64,000 nucleotides of DNA from Candidatus Sericytochromatia bacterium (GTDB lineage: Bacteria; Cyanobacteriota; Sericytochromatia; UBA7694). The notes under the pieces were generated by a model. That model was not told the origin of the DNA and did no database searches. It was given only the letters and a program-made list of their open reading frames with translations. Shown piece by piece: positions 1 to 8,777 of this stretch. The DNA lies in NCBI GenBank assembly GCA_037968875.1, contig JBBKWI010000053.1, positions 1,207 to 65,206 on the forward strand, in the 5' to 3' direction. A program made the translations under genes and the position numbers. Numbering within the stretch: position 1 is the stretch's first letter; each line of letters opens with the position of its first letter.

Positions 1-8
1 GCTAAGCA

Positions 9-731
9 TTAATGTGAACCAGAAACCAGTTTTTTCAGGCGGGCAATATAGGTTTGCGGTTGAATCGGTTTTTGCAGGTATTCATTAGCACCATAGGCCA
101 AAGCCTTTTGAATCGTTGCTGAATCAGACTTTGAACTGACCACTAAGATCGGGGTTTTTTTCCAGCTCGGCTGCTCGCGAATCAGTTGTATCAATCGAAA
201 GCCATCGCTCCGGGGGAGCATCAGGTCCAATGAGACAACATCAACTGCCGGATGGGTTTGAATCCAGGCCTCAGCATCCCGGCCATCCCGAAAAACAATC
301 ACTTCAGCAAATTCGCGTTCCAGACAAAAGCGCAGCATTTCTGATAAATCACCATCATCTTCAACCAACAAAATGCGATCTTGCTTATGGGAATCATCCG
401 TCCAATTACTTAGAGAGTCAGTATCAGACTGAGATACAGCAAGCGATCTGGGCAATTGCTGGGAACTTTGGCCGCTCTGCAAGAGCTCTTGAATTTGAGC
501 CTGAATTTGCTTTCGCTCTAATTGCTCTTGCTGACTCAAAGGCTCCGTTTTGGCCTTTTCGATTAAAACTTCCTGGCGAGCTTCGAGATTTTTTTTCAGT
601 GGAATCGCGGTTAAGCCATCCAATTCTTTTTTAGAAGAAAAATACGCAAATTGTTCACTGGAATCATCTTCTTGACGTTTCTTGAAAAAATTAAAAACCA
701 TAACCTTACCCCAAAACTCATCTGATAGCAT
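9..731 (-). CDS. Response regulator with C-terminal receiver domain and N-terminal Gln-rich helical region
   Basis: LLVEDD acidic pocket, SLDLMLP phospho-Asp, VSS and conserved KP motif; no DNA-binding output domain. Start may be ATG at 701. Confidence 0.85.
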   Translation of the reverse strand: MLSDEFWGKVMVFNFFKKRQEDDSSEQFAYFSSKKELDGLTAIPLKKNLEARQEVLIEKAKTEPLSQQEQLERKQIQAQIQELLQSGQSSQQLPRSLAVSQSDTDSLSNWTDDSHKQDRILLVEDDGDLSEMLRFCLEREFAEVIVFRDGRDAEAWIQTHPAVDVVSLDLMLPRSDGFRLIQLIREQPSWKKTPILVVSSKSDSATIQKALAYGANEYLQKPIQPQTYIARLKKLVSGSH

Positions 732-843
732 TATACGTTACTTGCTTAATAATAAAGACAATGCAATGGGATCGAGCAAGTAAACGGATTGATTGCAGGT
801 CTTTATCTTTTCAAGGGGGATGCGATCAACCTATAATTAAGAC

Positions 844-1587
844 ATGCGACATCCAATACAATTCATTTGCCTGCTGGCGACTCTATCTAGCTTGAATGGC
901 TGCTTTAACCAGGGCATTACTGGTTCTGGACGGCTCAGGGCAGAAGTCAGAGACTTGCCTGCTTTTGCAGAGGTCTCAATACAAGGCGGATTTCAATTTA
1001 CCTTTCAAGAAAACGCTTTACGCTCTCGTCACGAAGTGCGTCTCAACCTCGATGACAATCTCTCACAACTGGTTAGCACGGAAGTGGTCAATGGCCGCCT
1101 GGAAGTCCGCTTTACCCAACCTGTATCTGGGGGGAATCGCGAAATACAAATCGAAGGCCCTTCTTTGCGCGGCATCACACTCAATACCCGCACCATCGGA
1201 ACCATCAATAAACTGAGCAATTTAAGACAAGTCAATTTGAGTGTAATCGGTGACAGTGAGCTCAATATTCAGTCTCTCGAAAGTGATAGCTGCAATTTTA
1301 CGGTCAGTGGTTTATCTCGACTGAATATAGGAACGGGTGCCTGCAGTCGCGTCCTGGCCAATGTGAATGGAAAATCAGATTTAGGCGCACTCAATCTGCA
1401 AACTATCCAAACCGAGATCAACCTCAGTCAAGAATCTTTTGCAAAAGTTAAAGTCCGTTCATTGTTAACTGTCAGCCTGACTGACAAATCGACTCTTGAA
1501 TACGATGGCAGCCCACAGATTCAACAAAAAGTATTGAGCCGAGACTCCAAATTGGCTCCGGTTAAAATCACCACCCCACCACGCTAA
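844..1587 (+). CDS. GIN-domain (DUF2807-like) lipoprotein
   Basis: Lipobox LNGC, ITGSG..R...F motif, DDNL..V..G.L, repeated SG.S units and Y.G.P ending typical of this family. Confidence 0.75.
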   Translation: MRHPIQFICLLATLSSLNGCFNQGITGSGRLRAEVRDLPAFAEVSIQGGFQFTFQENALRSRHEVRLNLDDNLSQLVSTEVVNGRLEVRFTQPVSGGNREIQIEGPSLRGITLNTRTIGTINKLSNLRQVNLSVIGDSELNIQSLESDSCNFTVSGLSRLNIGTGACSRVLANVNGKSDLGALNLQTIQTEINLSQESFAKVKVRSLLTVSLTDKSTLEYDGSPQIQQKVLSRDSKLAPVKITTPPR

Positions 1588-1599
1588 TCCAGTGCTACG

Positions 1600-1628
1600 A
1601 AAAAGCCACCCCAAAATTGAGGTGGCTT
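1600..1628 (-). terminator. Intrinsic terminator between convergent genes
   Basis: Stem AAGCCACC/GGTGGCTT followed by a T-run on the minus strand, just downstream of the lipocalin gene. Confidence 0.7.
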
Positions 1629-1646
1629 ACCACTGATGACTAGAGC

Positions 1647-2624
1647 TTATTCGATTTTACGATTTTGCTGCTTCATTTTTTTCTTAGCGTCAGGACCGAT
1701 ATGCCCATTACCATCGGGGCCATGGTGCTGCTCGTGCTCTGCACCCGCTTTATAATAGGCATCTTTTTTATTTTTCAGATCCTGTAGATGAATATGCAAA
1801 GGCAATGACTGACCTTCCGCCTGGGGAACTTCAACGAGTTTATCGGTAGCAAAACCCTGCAGTTCAAGCTGAGTCACAAGCTTTTCGTAGACGCTCTCAC
1901 TCATCTGGGGCTTGCGGCTCAAGATCCAGAGATGGTCTTTGGCGGGAGTAGCAATCACAGCATAGCTATAGTTATCACCAACTTCTAAGATCCAGTAATT
2001 GATCTCTTTTAAGCCTTGTTTCTTGATGAGACGCGCATTTTGATTGCTATCAGGAACTTTAAGCGTGTGGCTGCTGGTTTTTGCTTGACCTTCCAGAGAA
2101 TCTTTGTAGTAAGTATAAGTCACTTCTAAATCATGATTTGCTTTCAACGAATAGTCTACTTTCATTCCCGCAACTTTGCCTTTAGCGGTATTCTGAAAAC
2201 GCGCAATTTCATACCACTGGCCAGAAAACTTCTCTAAATTCAAGCCAGGATAAGGACGCAAATCACTTTTTTTGGCGGCCTGACGATTGCGGAGACGATT
2301 ACTTGCCACCAAACCCAGACCCGCAAGAGCAGCGACACCGAGAATGAGACCGAGTATCCCAACCGTACTTTTGATTTTGGAACCGGTGACTGGCTTGGGG
2401 CTAAATTGCTGGGGTGTGATTTGCTCTAACCATTGTTTGCTCTGGTTCTGAATTTGACGCGAGCGTTTTTTGAGCACGCGTTCACTTTTATGCAAACCCT
2501 TACTCAATTGTTTTTGTGACTTTTCAATTTCTTTACTGGCCAGCGCCTGAGCATTTTTCAATTGCTGCTGAAGTGACTTCAGTCCTGTTTCTTTTGAGGA
2601 CTTAAATATATTCAAAATTTTCAT
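1647..2624 (-). CDS. Lipocalin (Blc-like) with basic N-terminal extension and one TM helix
   Basis: KFSGQWYEIAR, YWILE..Y.YAV and LWILSR lipocalin motifs; start at ATG 2624 chosen for its AGGAG SD. Confidence 0.85.
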   Translation of the reverse strand: MKILNIFKSSKETGLKSLQQQLKNAQALASKEIEKSQKQLSKGLHKSERVLKKRSRQIQNQSKQWLEQITPQQFSPKPVTGSKIKSTVGILGLILGVAALAGLGLVASNRLRNRQAAKKSDLRPYPGLNLEKFSGQWYEIARFQNTAKGKVAGMKVDYSLKANHDLEVTYTYYKDSLEGQAKTSSHTLKVPDSNQNARLIKKQGLKEINYWILEVGDNYSYAVIATPAKDHLWILSRKPQMSESVYEKLVTQLELQGFATDKLVEVPQAEGQSLPLHIHLQDLKNKKDAYYKAGAEHEQHHGPDGNGHIGPDAKKKMKQQNRKIE

Positions 2625-2717
2625 GTCGATTGGATCTCCTTGTTGTTGTGGTCTTACATTCATTTAATCAAATACTGCATCTATTTCCTATTTTTTGCTC
2701 ATTAAAAAAATATTAAT

Positions 2718-3551
2718 TTAGTGAAGAGCAGCCTGTTGACCCAAAAAATTTAAAATAGCATGCTCTAAGGCCTGATCATTTTCACCCAAAATAAAGTGTC
2801 CCGCATCGGGAATTGTCAGTGATTGGGCCTGAGCTAAATGCTGGACCAAAAAAGGTGTCGAACGGGAGACGATCGAGTCTTCTTCGCCTCTGATACAGAG
2901 AACAGGTGTTTTGATTTGAGACAATTGCAAAGGTAATAAGCGTGGGTATTCTGCATAAAACATGCTTTGCACTCGTAAATTGGACTGCATAAAAGATTGG
3001 ATAAACAGCTCATAAAATAAAGGATCACGCTGGGCTAGATGGAGAGACAAAGAAGCTATTTGCCGCTGTAACCTGTCTCGAGAATGTCCCCTGCGCGCAT
3101 ATAGCCAGGCATAAGCAGGCAAAACTGCGCTGGCTTTCCAGCCAATATCAAAAATAGATGCCTCGATCCAAACAGCAGCCAAAATCTGCGGTGTGCGTTT
3201 GCGCTGCATCAAGAGATAGGCTAAGAGCCCGCCCAAAGAATGTCCAATCAGATAGAAAGGGCCTTTGACATGATTTTGAATAAAGCGCTCAATTTGGGCT
3301 ATATAGTCAAAGATGTCAGACTCTGTATGCGTCAGAGAACGCCCATAACCCGGTAAATCCGGAGCCAGCACCCGAAAAGCGCCTGTATCTACTAAGCGAT
3401 CTATGATCGAGCCATACAAAGCAGCCTGAGCCCCATTGCCATGCAATAGAACAACCGTCGGCCCTTGCCCTTTGTCCAGGTAGTATATGAATCGCTGATG
3501 TAGATCCAATTGATACTGGCTGCTATGTGCTGTACTCAAAGTCTGGAGCAT
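2718..3551 (-). CDS. Alpha/beta fold hydrolase
   Basis: LLHG, DLPGYGRS, GHSLGG nucleophile elbow, GEED acid, AGH His. Confidence 0.9.
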   Translation of the reverse strand: MLQTLSTAHSSQYQLDLHQRFIYYLDKGQGPTVVLLHGNGAQAALYGSIIDRLVDTGAFRVLAPDLPGYGRSLTHTESDIFDYIAQIERFIQNHVKGPFYLIGHSLGGLLAYLLMQRKRTPQILAAVWIEASIFDIGWKASAVLPAYAWLYARRGHSRDRLQRQIASLSLHLAQRDPLFYELFIQSFMQSNLRVQSMFYAEYPRLLPLQLSQIKTPVLCIRGEEDSIVSRSTPFLVQHLAQAQSLTIPDAGHFILGENDQALEHAILNFLGQQAALH

Positions 3552-3571
3552 CGATTTATTTACTACTATAC

Positions 3572-5356
3572 TTAGTTATTTCTAAACAAAGCACCTAAGC
3601 TACTTTGCTGGGCTTGCATACGTGAAATTGCTAACTCCAGAGCAGTAAACTGAGACTGAAAGAGTTTCTCTTTGCGAGCCAGACGCTGGTTCAAAGTATC
3701 AATCCGATTATCAATCGTCTGAATTTGATTGGTGGTCGACTTTTGCTTTTGGGCAAAAACTCCGGTAGAGCTACTTAAGTTATCTAAATAGCTCTTGACA
3801 CGTGTGATCACGCCGACATTGGTACCTTCAGCATTGTCTTGTGCGCCCAATAATTGCGCGACCCGATTGGGGTCGGCATTTAAAGCAGTCTGTAATTTGC
3901 CTGAATCAAACACCAGCTTAGATGTAGTTCCAGGAGTTGCTCCAATCGAACCCGTACTCAAACCTAACTCAGCCAGAGAGCCGCTACCATTTCCCCCATC
4001 CAGCCCATTGACACGAGAGAAGACCTGTTCAAACAAACGTTGCTTGGCAGCTTTTACCGAAAAATCTGATAAGAACAACCCTTTTTGCCCAGTAGTTGCA
4101 TTATAAGCTGTCAATTCATCAATCCGAGCCACGACTGAATTAAACTGCTCTACAAATTTCTGAACTTTTTCTACAGCGCCATTGGAGTCCACGTTCACAG
4201 TGACTGTGACTGGATTGCCTGCATCTGCCGCTTTCAGGTCTAAGACAATGCCCTCAAGCCCAGCCGCTTGAATCCCTGAATTTTTATTAAATGACTGTAT
4301 CGCACCGCCATCGACTTGAATTCGAGCACTCTGCCCTAAGCTAGCTGAATTTGTGGCTTGTAAGCCCAATGCATCAGCTAAACTGCCCGTATCAGAAACT
4401 TGTATCGCCAGGGGCCCACTAGCCGAGGAGACCAGATTCAAACGTCCACCCCCAGCTGTTGAAAAGCTGGCTCTGACACCTGCTTCAGCGGCATTAATGC
4501 GCTGAACCAAATCATTTAGATTATCGTTAGCGGCATCATAATTGACAGCTTTTCCATTGATCGTTAGGGTCCCAGATCCAACAGCCTGAGCCAGATTGAC
4601 ACCCCCTTCAGAGCCATCCAATTTCAGATTGGTTTGCACGGAATTAACAGCATCAGAGGAACTGAGCAGACCGGCAGCATAAGAAGCCGTATCGAGCTTA
4701 AAGGCCGATAAGAAATTACTGGTGCCATTGCTTAAAGCGATCGGACTGGCCGAGCTTAACTCGATCACCAGACCGCCTTTGCTGGCATCAGTAACCAATT
4801 GACCGGTGACAGCCCCAGCAGTCGCTGTTGAAATATTGGCCAGAATATCATTGAGTGTATCGCTAGTAGCGACACTGACGGATTGTCCATTAACAAAAAA
4901 GGTTCCATTAGTCAGATCTTCGGCCAGTCGATTGTCCGTATTGATCTGATTGACCGTATCAGCTGAAAAGTCGGTATTACTGGCGATACCGCCGAGAGCA
5001 TTCCCTTGCCCGGCGCCACTGCCTGTTTGTAAGCGAGAGGCTGTCGCCAAGCGCAAGACATCGACTTGATAAGCCCCTGGAGAAGCATTGGCATTGGCTG
5101 TGGCCAAGAGATTATCTGTTTTAGAAGATTTGGCTTCGCGCCCAATCAGAGAAGAAATCTTGGTCAGATCAAATGCCGCTGTTTCTAGGGCACTAAAGCG
5201 GGTATTAAGGTCTTTGTAAGCAGCGCCCTGACTTTGAAGATTGCCCCGTTTTTGATTGAGTATGGTGATAGGGCGACTTTCAATCGACAGCAATTGCTGA
5301 ATTAAAGAATCTGTGTCAAGGCCTGAAGCCAGCCCACCAAAAGATATATTCGACAT
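3572..5356 (-). CDS. fliD: Flagellar filament capping protein
   Basis: N-terminal GLASGLDT..I.QL, V.RLA, FV.QFN and C-terminal QFTALE..ISRMQ.Q motifs. Confidence 0.92.
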   Translation of the reverse strand: MSNISFGGLASGLDTDSLIQQLLSIESRPITILNQKRGNLQSQGAAYKDLNTRFSALETAAFDLTKISSLIGREAKSSKTDNLLATANANASPGAYQVDVLRLATASRLQTGSGAGQGNALGGIASNTDFSADTVNQINTDNRLAEDLTNGTFFVNGQSVSVATSDTLNDILANISTATAGAVTGQLVTDASKGGLVIELSSASPIALSNGTSNFLSAFKLDTASYAAGLLSSSDAVNSVQTNLKLDGSEGGVNLAQAVGSGTLTINGKAVNYDAANDNLNDLVQRINAAEAGVRASFSTAGGGRLNLVSSASGPLAIQVSDTGSLADALGLQATNSASLGQSARIQVDGGAIQSFNKNSGIQAAGLEGIVLDLKAADAGNPVTVTVNVDSNGAVEKVQKFVEQFNSVVARIDELTAYNATTGQKGLFLSDFSVKAAKQRLFEQVFSRVNGLDGGNGSGSLAELGLSTGSIGATPGTTSKLVFDSGKLQTALNADPNRVAQLLGAQDNAEGTNVGVITRVKSYLDNLSSSTGVFAQKQKSTTNQIQTIDNRIDTLNQRLARKEKLFQSQFTALELAISRMQAQQSSLGALFRNN

Positions 5357-5530
5357 CTTGAACCTCCGTGTTCGTCTCTGGTTTTATCATACTAGATTTT
5401 GTCAGTTTTTTCACGCTATTGAGCCTATTTGAGCTACAATTGATCTGCTTTTGTAATAAAATTTCATTAAATTTAGCGCTTGATCTTGATCTAAGTTTCA
5501 GTGCTTTAAAAATAGTCTATATTGAATCTT

Positions 5531-6442
5531 ATGAATATTCGAGATTTAGAATACCTGGTGGCCCTAGATAAATATCGCCACTTTCGCAAGGCAGCAGAAG
5601 CAGTCTATGTTACTCAGCCGACCCTGAGCGGTCAACTCAAAAAATTAGAGCAGTATTTAGGCGTTCAATTGGTTGAGCGCGGACGCAAACAGCAAGTCTT
5701 AATGACCCCGATTGGCGCGCAAATTGTGATTAAGGCAAAACAGCTATTACAGCAGGCACAAGAGATCGAACAAATCGCACAACATGCACAAGATCCTTTT
5801 AAAGGCCCCTTGAAACTGGGGATCATCCCTACGCTTGCACCTTATATACTGCCATTAATCGTTCGTCCGATTAAAAATCACTTCCCGCAAATGGATCTGC
5901 TTTTATATGAGCGCCAGACTTCTGTTTTATTAGACGAATTACAAAATGGTGAGATTGAGCTCGGACTTTTGGCTTTACCTATTGAGTCAGAGGGAATGGA
6001 AACGCTGCCTTTATTTGAAGAAAAATTCTTTCTGGCAGTGCCTACAGGGCATCATCTCAGTCAAGCGACAGCCATTGCTATTGAAGACTTAAAAAATGAA
6101 ACCCTTTTGCTTTTGGATGACGGCCATTGCTTTCGAGATCAAGCCCTTGAACTTTGCTTTCGCGGCGGCGGACATGAAAAAGAAAGCTTTCGCGGTACCA
6201 GCTTAGAAACCCTCAAGCAAATGTCTTTAATTGGCAGCGGCATCACGCTTTTACCCGCTTTGGCTCTCGATCAAGATCCGGCTCTGAGCTATATTCCCTT
6301 TCAAGATCCGCAGCCGGCCCGACAGATGGCATTAATTTACCGCCAAACCAGTCCCCGCTCAGCTGCTTATCAAGAGCTGGGACGACAAATCCAGAAGGCT
6401 TTGCAACCTAAAATCGAGAATAAACGCATTCAATACCTTTAG
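5531..6442 (+). CDS. oxyR: Hydrogen peroxide-inducible LysR-type activator
   Basis: MNIRDLEYLVAL LysR HTH; DGHCFRDQALELC retains both redox cysteines; TSLETL motif. Confidence 0.93.
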   Translation: MNIRDLEYLVALDKYRHFRKAAEAVYVTQPTLSGQLKKLEQYLGVQLVERGRKQQVLMTPIGAQIVIKAKQLLQQAQEIEQIAQHAQDPFKGPLKLGIIPTLAPYILPLIVRPIKNHFPQMDLLLYERQTSVLLDELQNGEIELGLLALPIESEGMETLPLFEEKFFLAVPTGHHLSQATAIAIEDLKNETLLLLDDGHCFRDQALELCFRGGGHEKESFRGTSLETLKQMSLIGSGITLLPALALDQDPALSYIPFQDPQPARQMALIYRQTSPRSAAYQELGRQIQKALQPKIENKRIQYL

Positions 6443-6568
6443 AATCAGAGCATCTTCACCTGAACTTAACTGTTTTTGCGCCTTAAATTAATCAAAGGAT
6501 AAGAATGATCTCTGAAGATCTTGCTATATTTAAATTAAGAAAAGAATCGTAGAGAGGTTTTATCAATC

Positions 6569-7141
6569 ATGTCAAACATTAACGTTCGTACTCAACCCGC
6601 CCTGGCCAGCTTACCAACCCAATCTGCCCCTGCTCAAAAAGCAACAGCTGAGAAACAGGCACCGGCTAAAGCCTCTAGCATGGCTCAAGATATCGTCTCC
6701 TGGAAAGATACCCCTAAATCAGATCGTGTCAAAGCCGCCATCACCGCAACCTTTAAAGAAGTCGCTATACCCTATACCGTCGGTGGCGCATTAGCAGCCC
6801 CTGCAGTCGGTGCAGTCATGGGTGGCTTTATTGGATTGTTCGCTGGAAAACCTGGCGCTGCAGCCCTTGAAGGCGCAAAAGCAATGATTAAGTACATGCC
6901 CGTTGGCGCCGCTATCGGCCTGGGTGTTGCTGGTGCTGATGCCGCTGTTGTTGGTACTGTCGTCGGAACCTCACCGGATAAGCAGTCTGCAATGACCCGT
7001 CTCGGTGGAGCCACTGCAATCATCGGTCTCTTGACTGCTGAAGATGCATGGGACGTTGTGGGCACAGGTCTTGCAACCGTAGCTGAATCTGCTCGTGCTG
7101 GCCGCATCTATGACAAAGCCAGCGATGCCATCCAGAAATAA
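6569..7141 (+). CDS. Hypothetical protein, Ala/Gly-rich hydrophobic (glycine-zipper-like) C-terminal part
   Basis: SD GAGG, own terminator, low-complexity N-terminus, GxxxG-rich segments. Confidence 0.7.
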   Translation: MSNINVRTQPALASLPTQSAPAQKATAEKQAPAKASSMAQDIVSWKDTPKSDRVKAAITATFKEVAIPYTVGGALAAPAVGAVMGGFIGLFAGKPGAAALEGAKAMIKYMPVGAAIGLGVAGADAAVVGTVVGTSPDKQSAMTRLGGATAIIGLLTAEDAWDVVGTGLATVAESARAGRIYDKASDAIQK

Positions 7142-7159
7142 AACAAACTAAATACGATT

Positions 7160-7189
7160 AAAAGCCACCGCTTAGCGAGTGGCTTTTTT
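7160..7189 (+). terminator. Intrinsic terminator
   Basis: AAAAGCCAC-CGC-TTA-GCG-A-GTGGC followed by TTTTTT. Confidence 0.85.
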
Positions 7190-7263
7190 GTTGGCCAAAA
7201 ATTGGGCGAAAGCTGCACTTTCGCATACACTTAAGCATAAGCGAATTCAACAGGAGCAATCGT

Positions 7264-8667
7264 ATGTTATCAGGCCAAACCGAAACCAGCCCCACTTCAG
7301 TCTTCGAGGAAAGCCTTAGACTGCATCGGCAGTATTTTCATTCAGGCAAAACCCGACCGCTAAACTTTCGTCTGGGTCAACTCAAAGCTTTACGTCAAAG
7401 TATTCAGCACGCCGAAGAGCAAATACTGACAGCCCTGGCCCAGGACTTTGGCAAGCCGCGATTTGAAGCTTATGCCACAGAAGTCGGATTTGTACTTGAT
7501 GAAATCACTTATATGCTCAAACATTTGCCAGAGTGGGTCAAAAGCGAGTCAGTTAAAACCCCACTGGTACATCAGCCTGGCAAAAGTGAAATCCGCTCTG
7601 AACCTCTGGGCGTGAGCCTGATCATTGCTCCCTGGAACTATCCCTTTCAGCTTCTGATAGCCCCTCTATTGGGAGCTATTGCTGCAGGCAATTGCGCTGT
7701 ACTCAAGCCCTCAGAACTCACTCCAGCGACCGCAGCTGTCATTGCTAAACTGATTCAAAACACCTTTGATCCGCACTATGTTTCTGTTGCTATGGGCGGA
7801 ATAGAAGTCAATCAGGCCTTGTTAGAGCTTCATTTTGATCATATCTTCTTTACAGGCAGTACCCGTGTAGGCAAAATCGTGATGGAAAAAGCCGCCCAAC
7901 ACCTGACCCCCGTGACTTTGGAGCTGGGAGGCAAAAGCCCCTGTATCATTGATCGTGGCGTGCCTTTTGAAATTACAGCCAAACGCATAGTCTGGGGGAA
8001 ATTCTTAAATGCAGGTCAGACCTGTGTGGCTCCAGATTATTTACTGGTACCCACTGAAACTAGAGACGATTGGGTCCAGGCCTTACAAAATGCCATTCTG
8101 GATTTTTATGGCCCAGACCCCAGTTATAGCAACGATTATGCTAAAATCATCAATACTTCTCATTTTGAACGCTTGCAAGCGTTAAAAGCAAAGAGCAAGG
8201 TCGTTGCCGGTGGCCAATCTGATGCCCTGAGTCGCTATATGGCCCCGACACTACTGGCACCGGTTTGCTGGGAAGATCCTATAATGGAAGAAGAAATTTT
8301 TGGGCCCTTATTGCCCATCGTCACTTATGATTCTTTAGAAGAAGTCATTAGCCAGATCCAAAGCCGTCCCCATCCTTTGGCGCTGTATTTATTCTCTGAA
8401 AACACAGCGCATCAAGACCTAATCACCTCGCGCCTCAGCTTTGGTGGCGGTTGTATCAACGATACAGTCGTGCATCTGGCAACGCCTCATCTGCCATTTG
8501 GCGGGGTCGGCAGCAGTGGCATGGGGGCTTATCATGGTAAATTTAGCTTTGACTGCTTCTCACATCGTAAATCCCTGATGCAACGCCCGCTCAAATTAGA
8601 TGTGCCTCTGCGCTATCCCCCTTATCCAGGCTGGAAAGAGCGGGTTGTGCGCCAAATCATGAAATAA
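7264..8667 (+). CDS. Aldehyde dehydrogenase (family 3/coniferyl-aldehyde-like)
   Basis: PWNYP, FTGS, LELGGKSP, GQTCVAPD catalytic Cys, EEIFGP, PFGGVG.SG. Confidence 0.95.
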   Translation: MLSGQTETSPTSVFEESLRLHRQYFHSGKTRPLNFRLGQLKALRQSIQHAEEQILTALAQDFGKPRFEAYATEVGFVLDEITYMLKHLPEWVKSESVKTPLVHQPGKSEIRSEPLGVSLIIAPWNYPFQLLIAPLLGAIAAGNCAVLKPSELTPATAAVIAKLIQNTFDPHYVSVAMGGIEVNQALLELHFDHIFFTGSTRVGKIVMEKAAQHLTPVTLELGGKSPCIIDRGVPFEITAKRIVWGKFLNAGQTCVAPDYLLVPTETRDDWVQALQNAILDFYGPDPSYSNDYAKIINTSHFERLQALKAKSKVVAGGQSDALSRYMAPTLLAPVCWEDPIMEEEIFGPLLPIVTYDSLEEVISQIQSRPHPLALYLFSENTAHQDLITSRLSFGGGCINDTVVHLATPHLPFGGVGSSGMGAYHGKFSFDCFSHRKSLMQRPLKLDVPLRYPPYPGWKERVVRQIMK

Positions 8668-8777
8668 AGCGCCCGAAAAAAACTAAGTCCTGACATGTTT
8701 TTTGAGAAATCTGCTCAGAAAGCGCAGAATTTTCGCGCTGTTTTTGCTACAATTTTGAATAGTATGGTCTCGTCTGG

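Noticed and set aside
5357..5530. OxyR box or sigma28 promoter between fliD and oxyR
   Set aside because: ATAG/CTAT elements lack the N7 spacing and no GCCGATAA-like -10 was found upstream of fliD
7206..7224. GCGAAAG-N5-CTTTCGC inverted repeat before the aldehyde dehydrogenase
   Set aside because: Single short instance with no candidate regulator; may be chance
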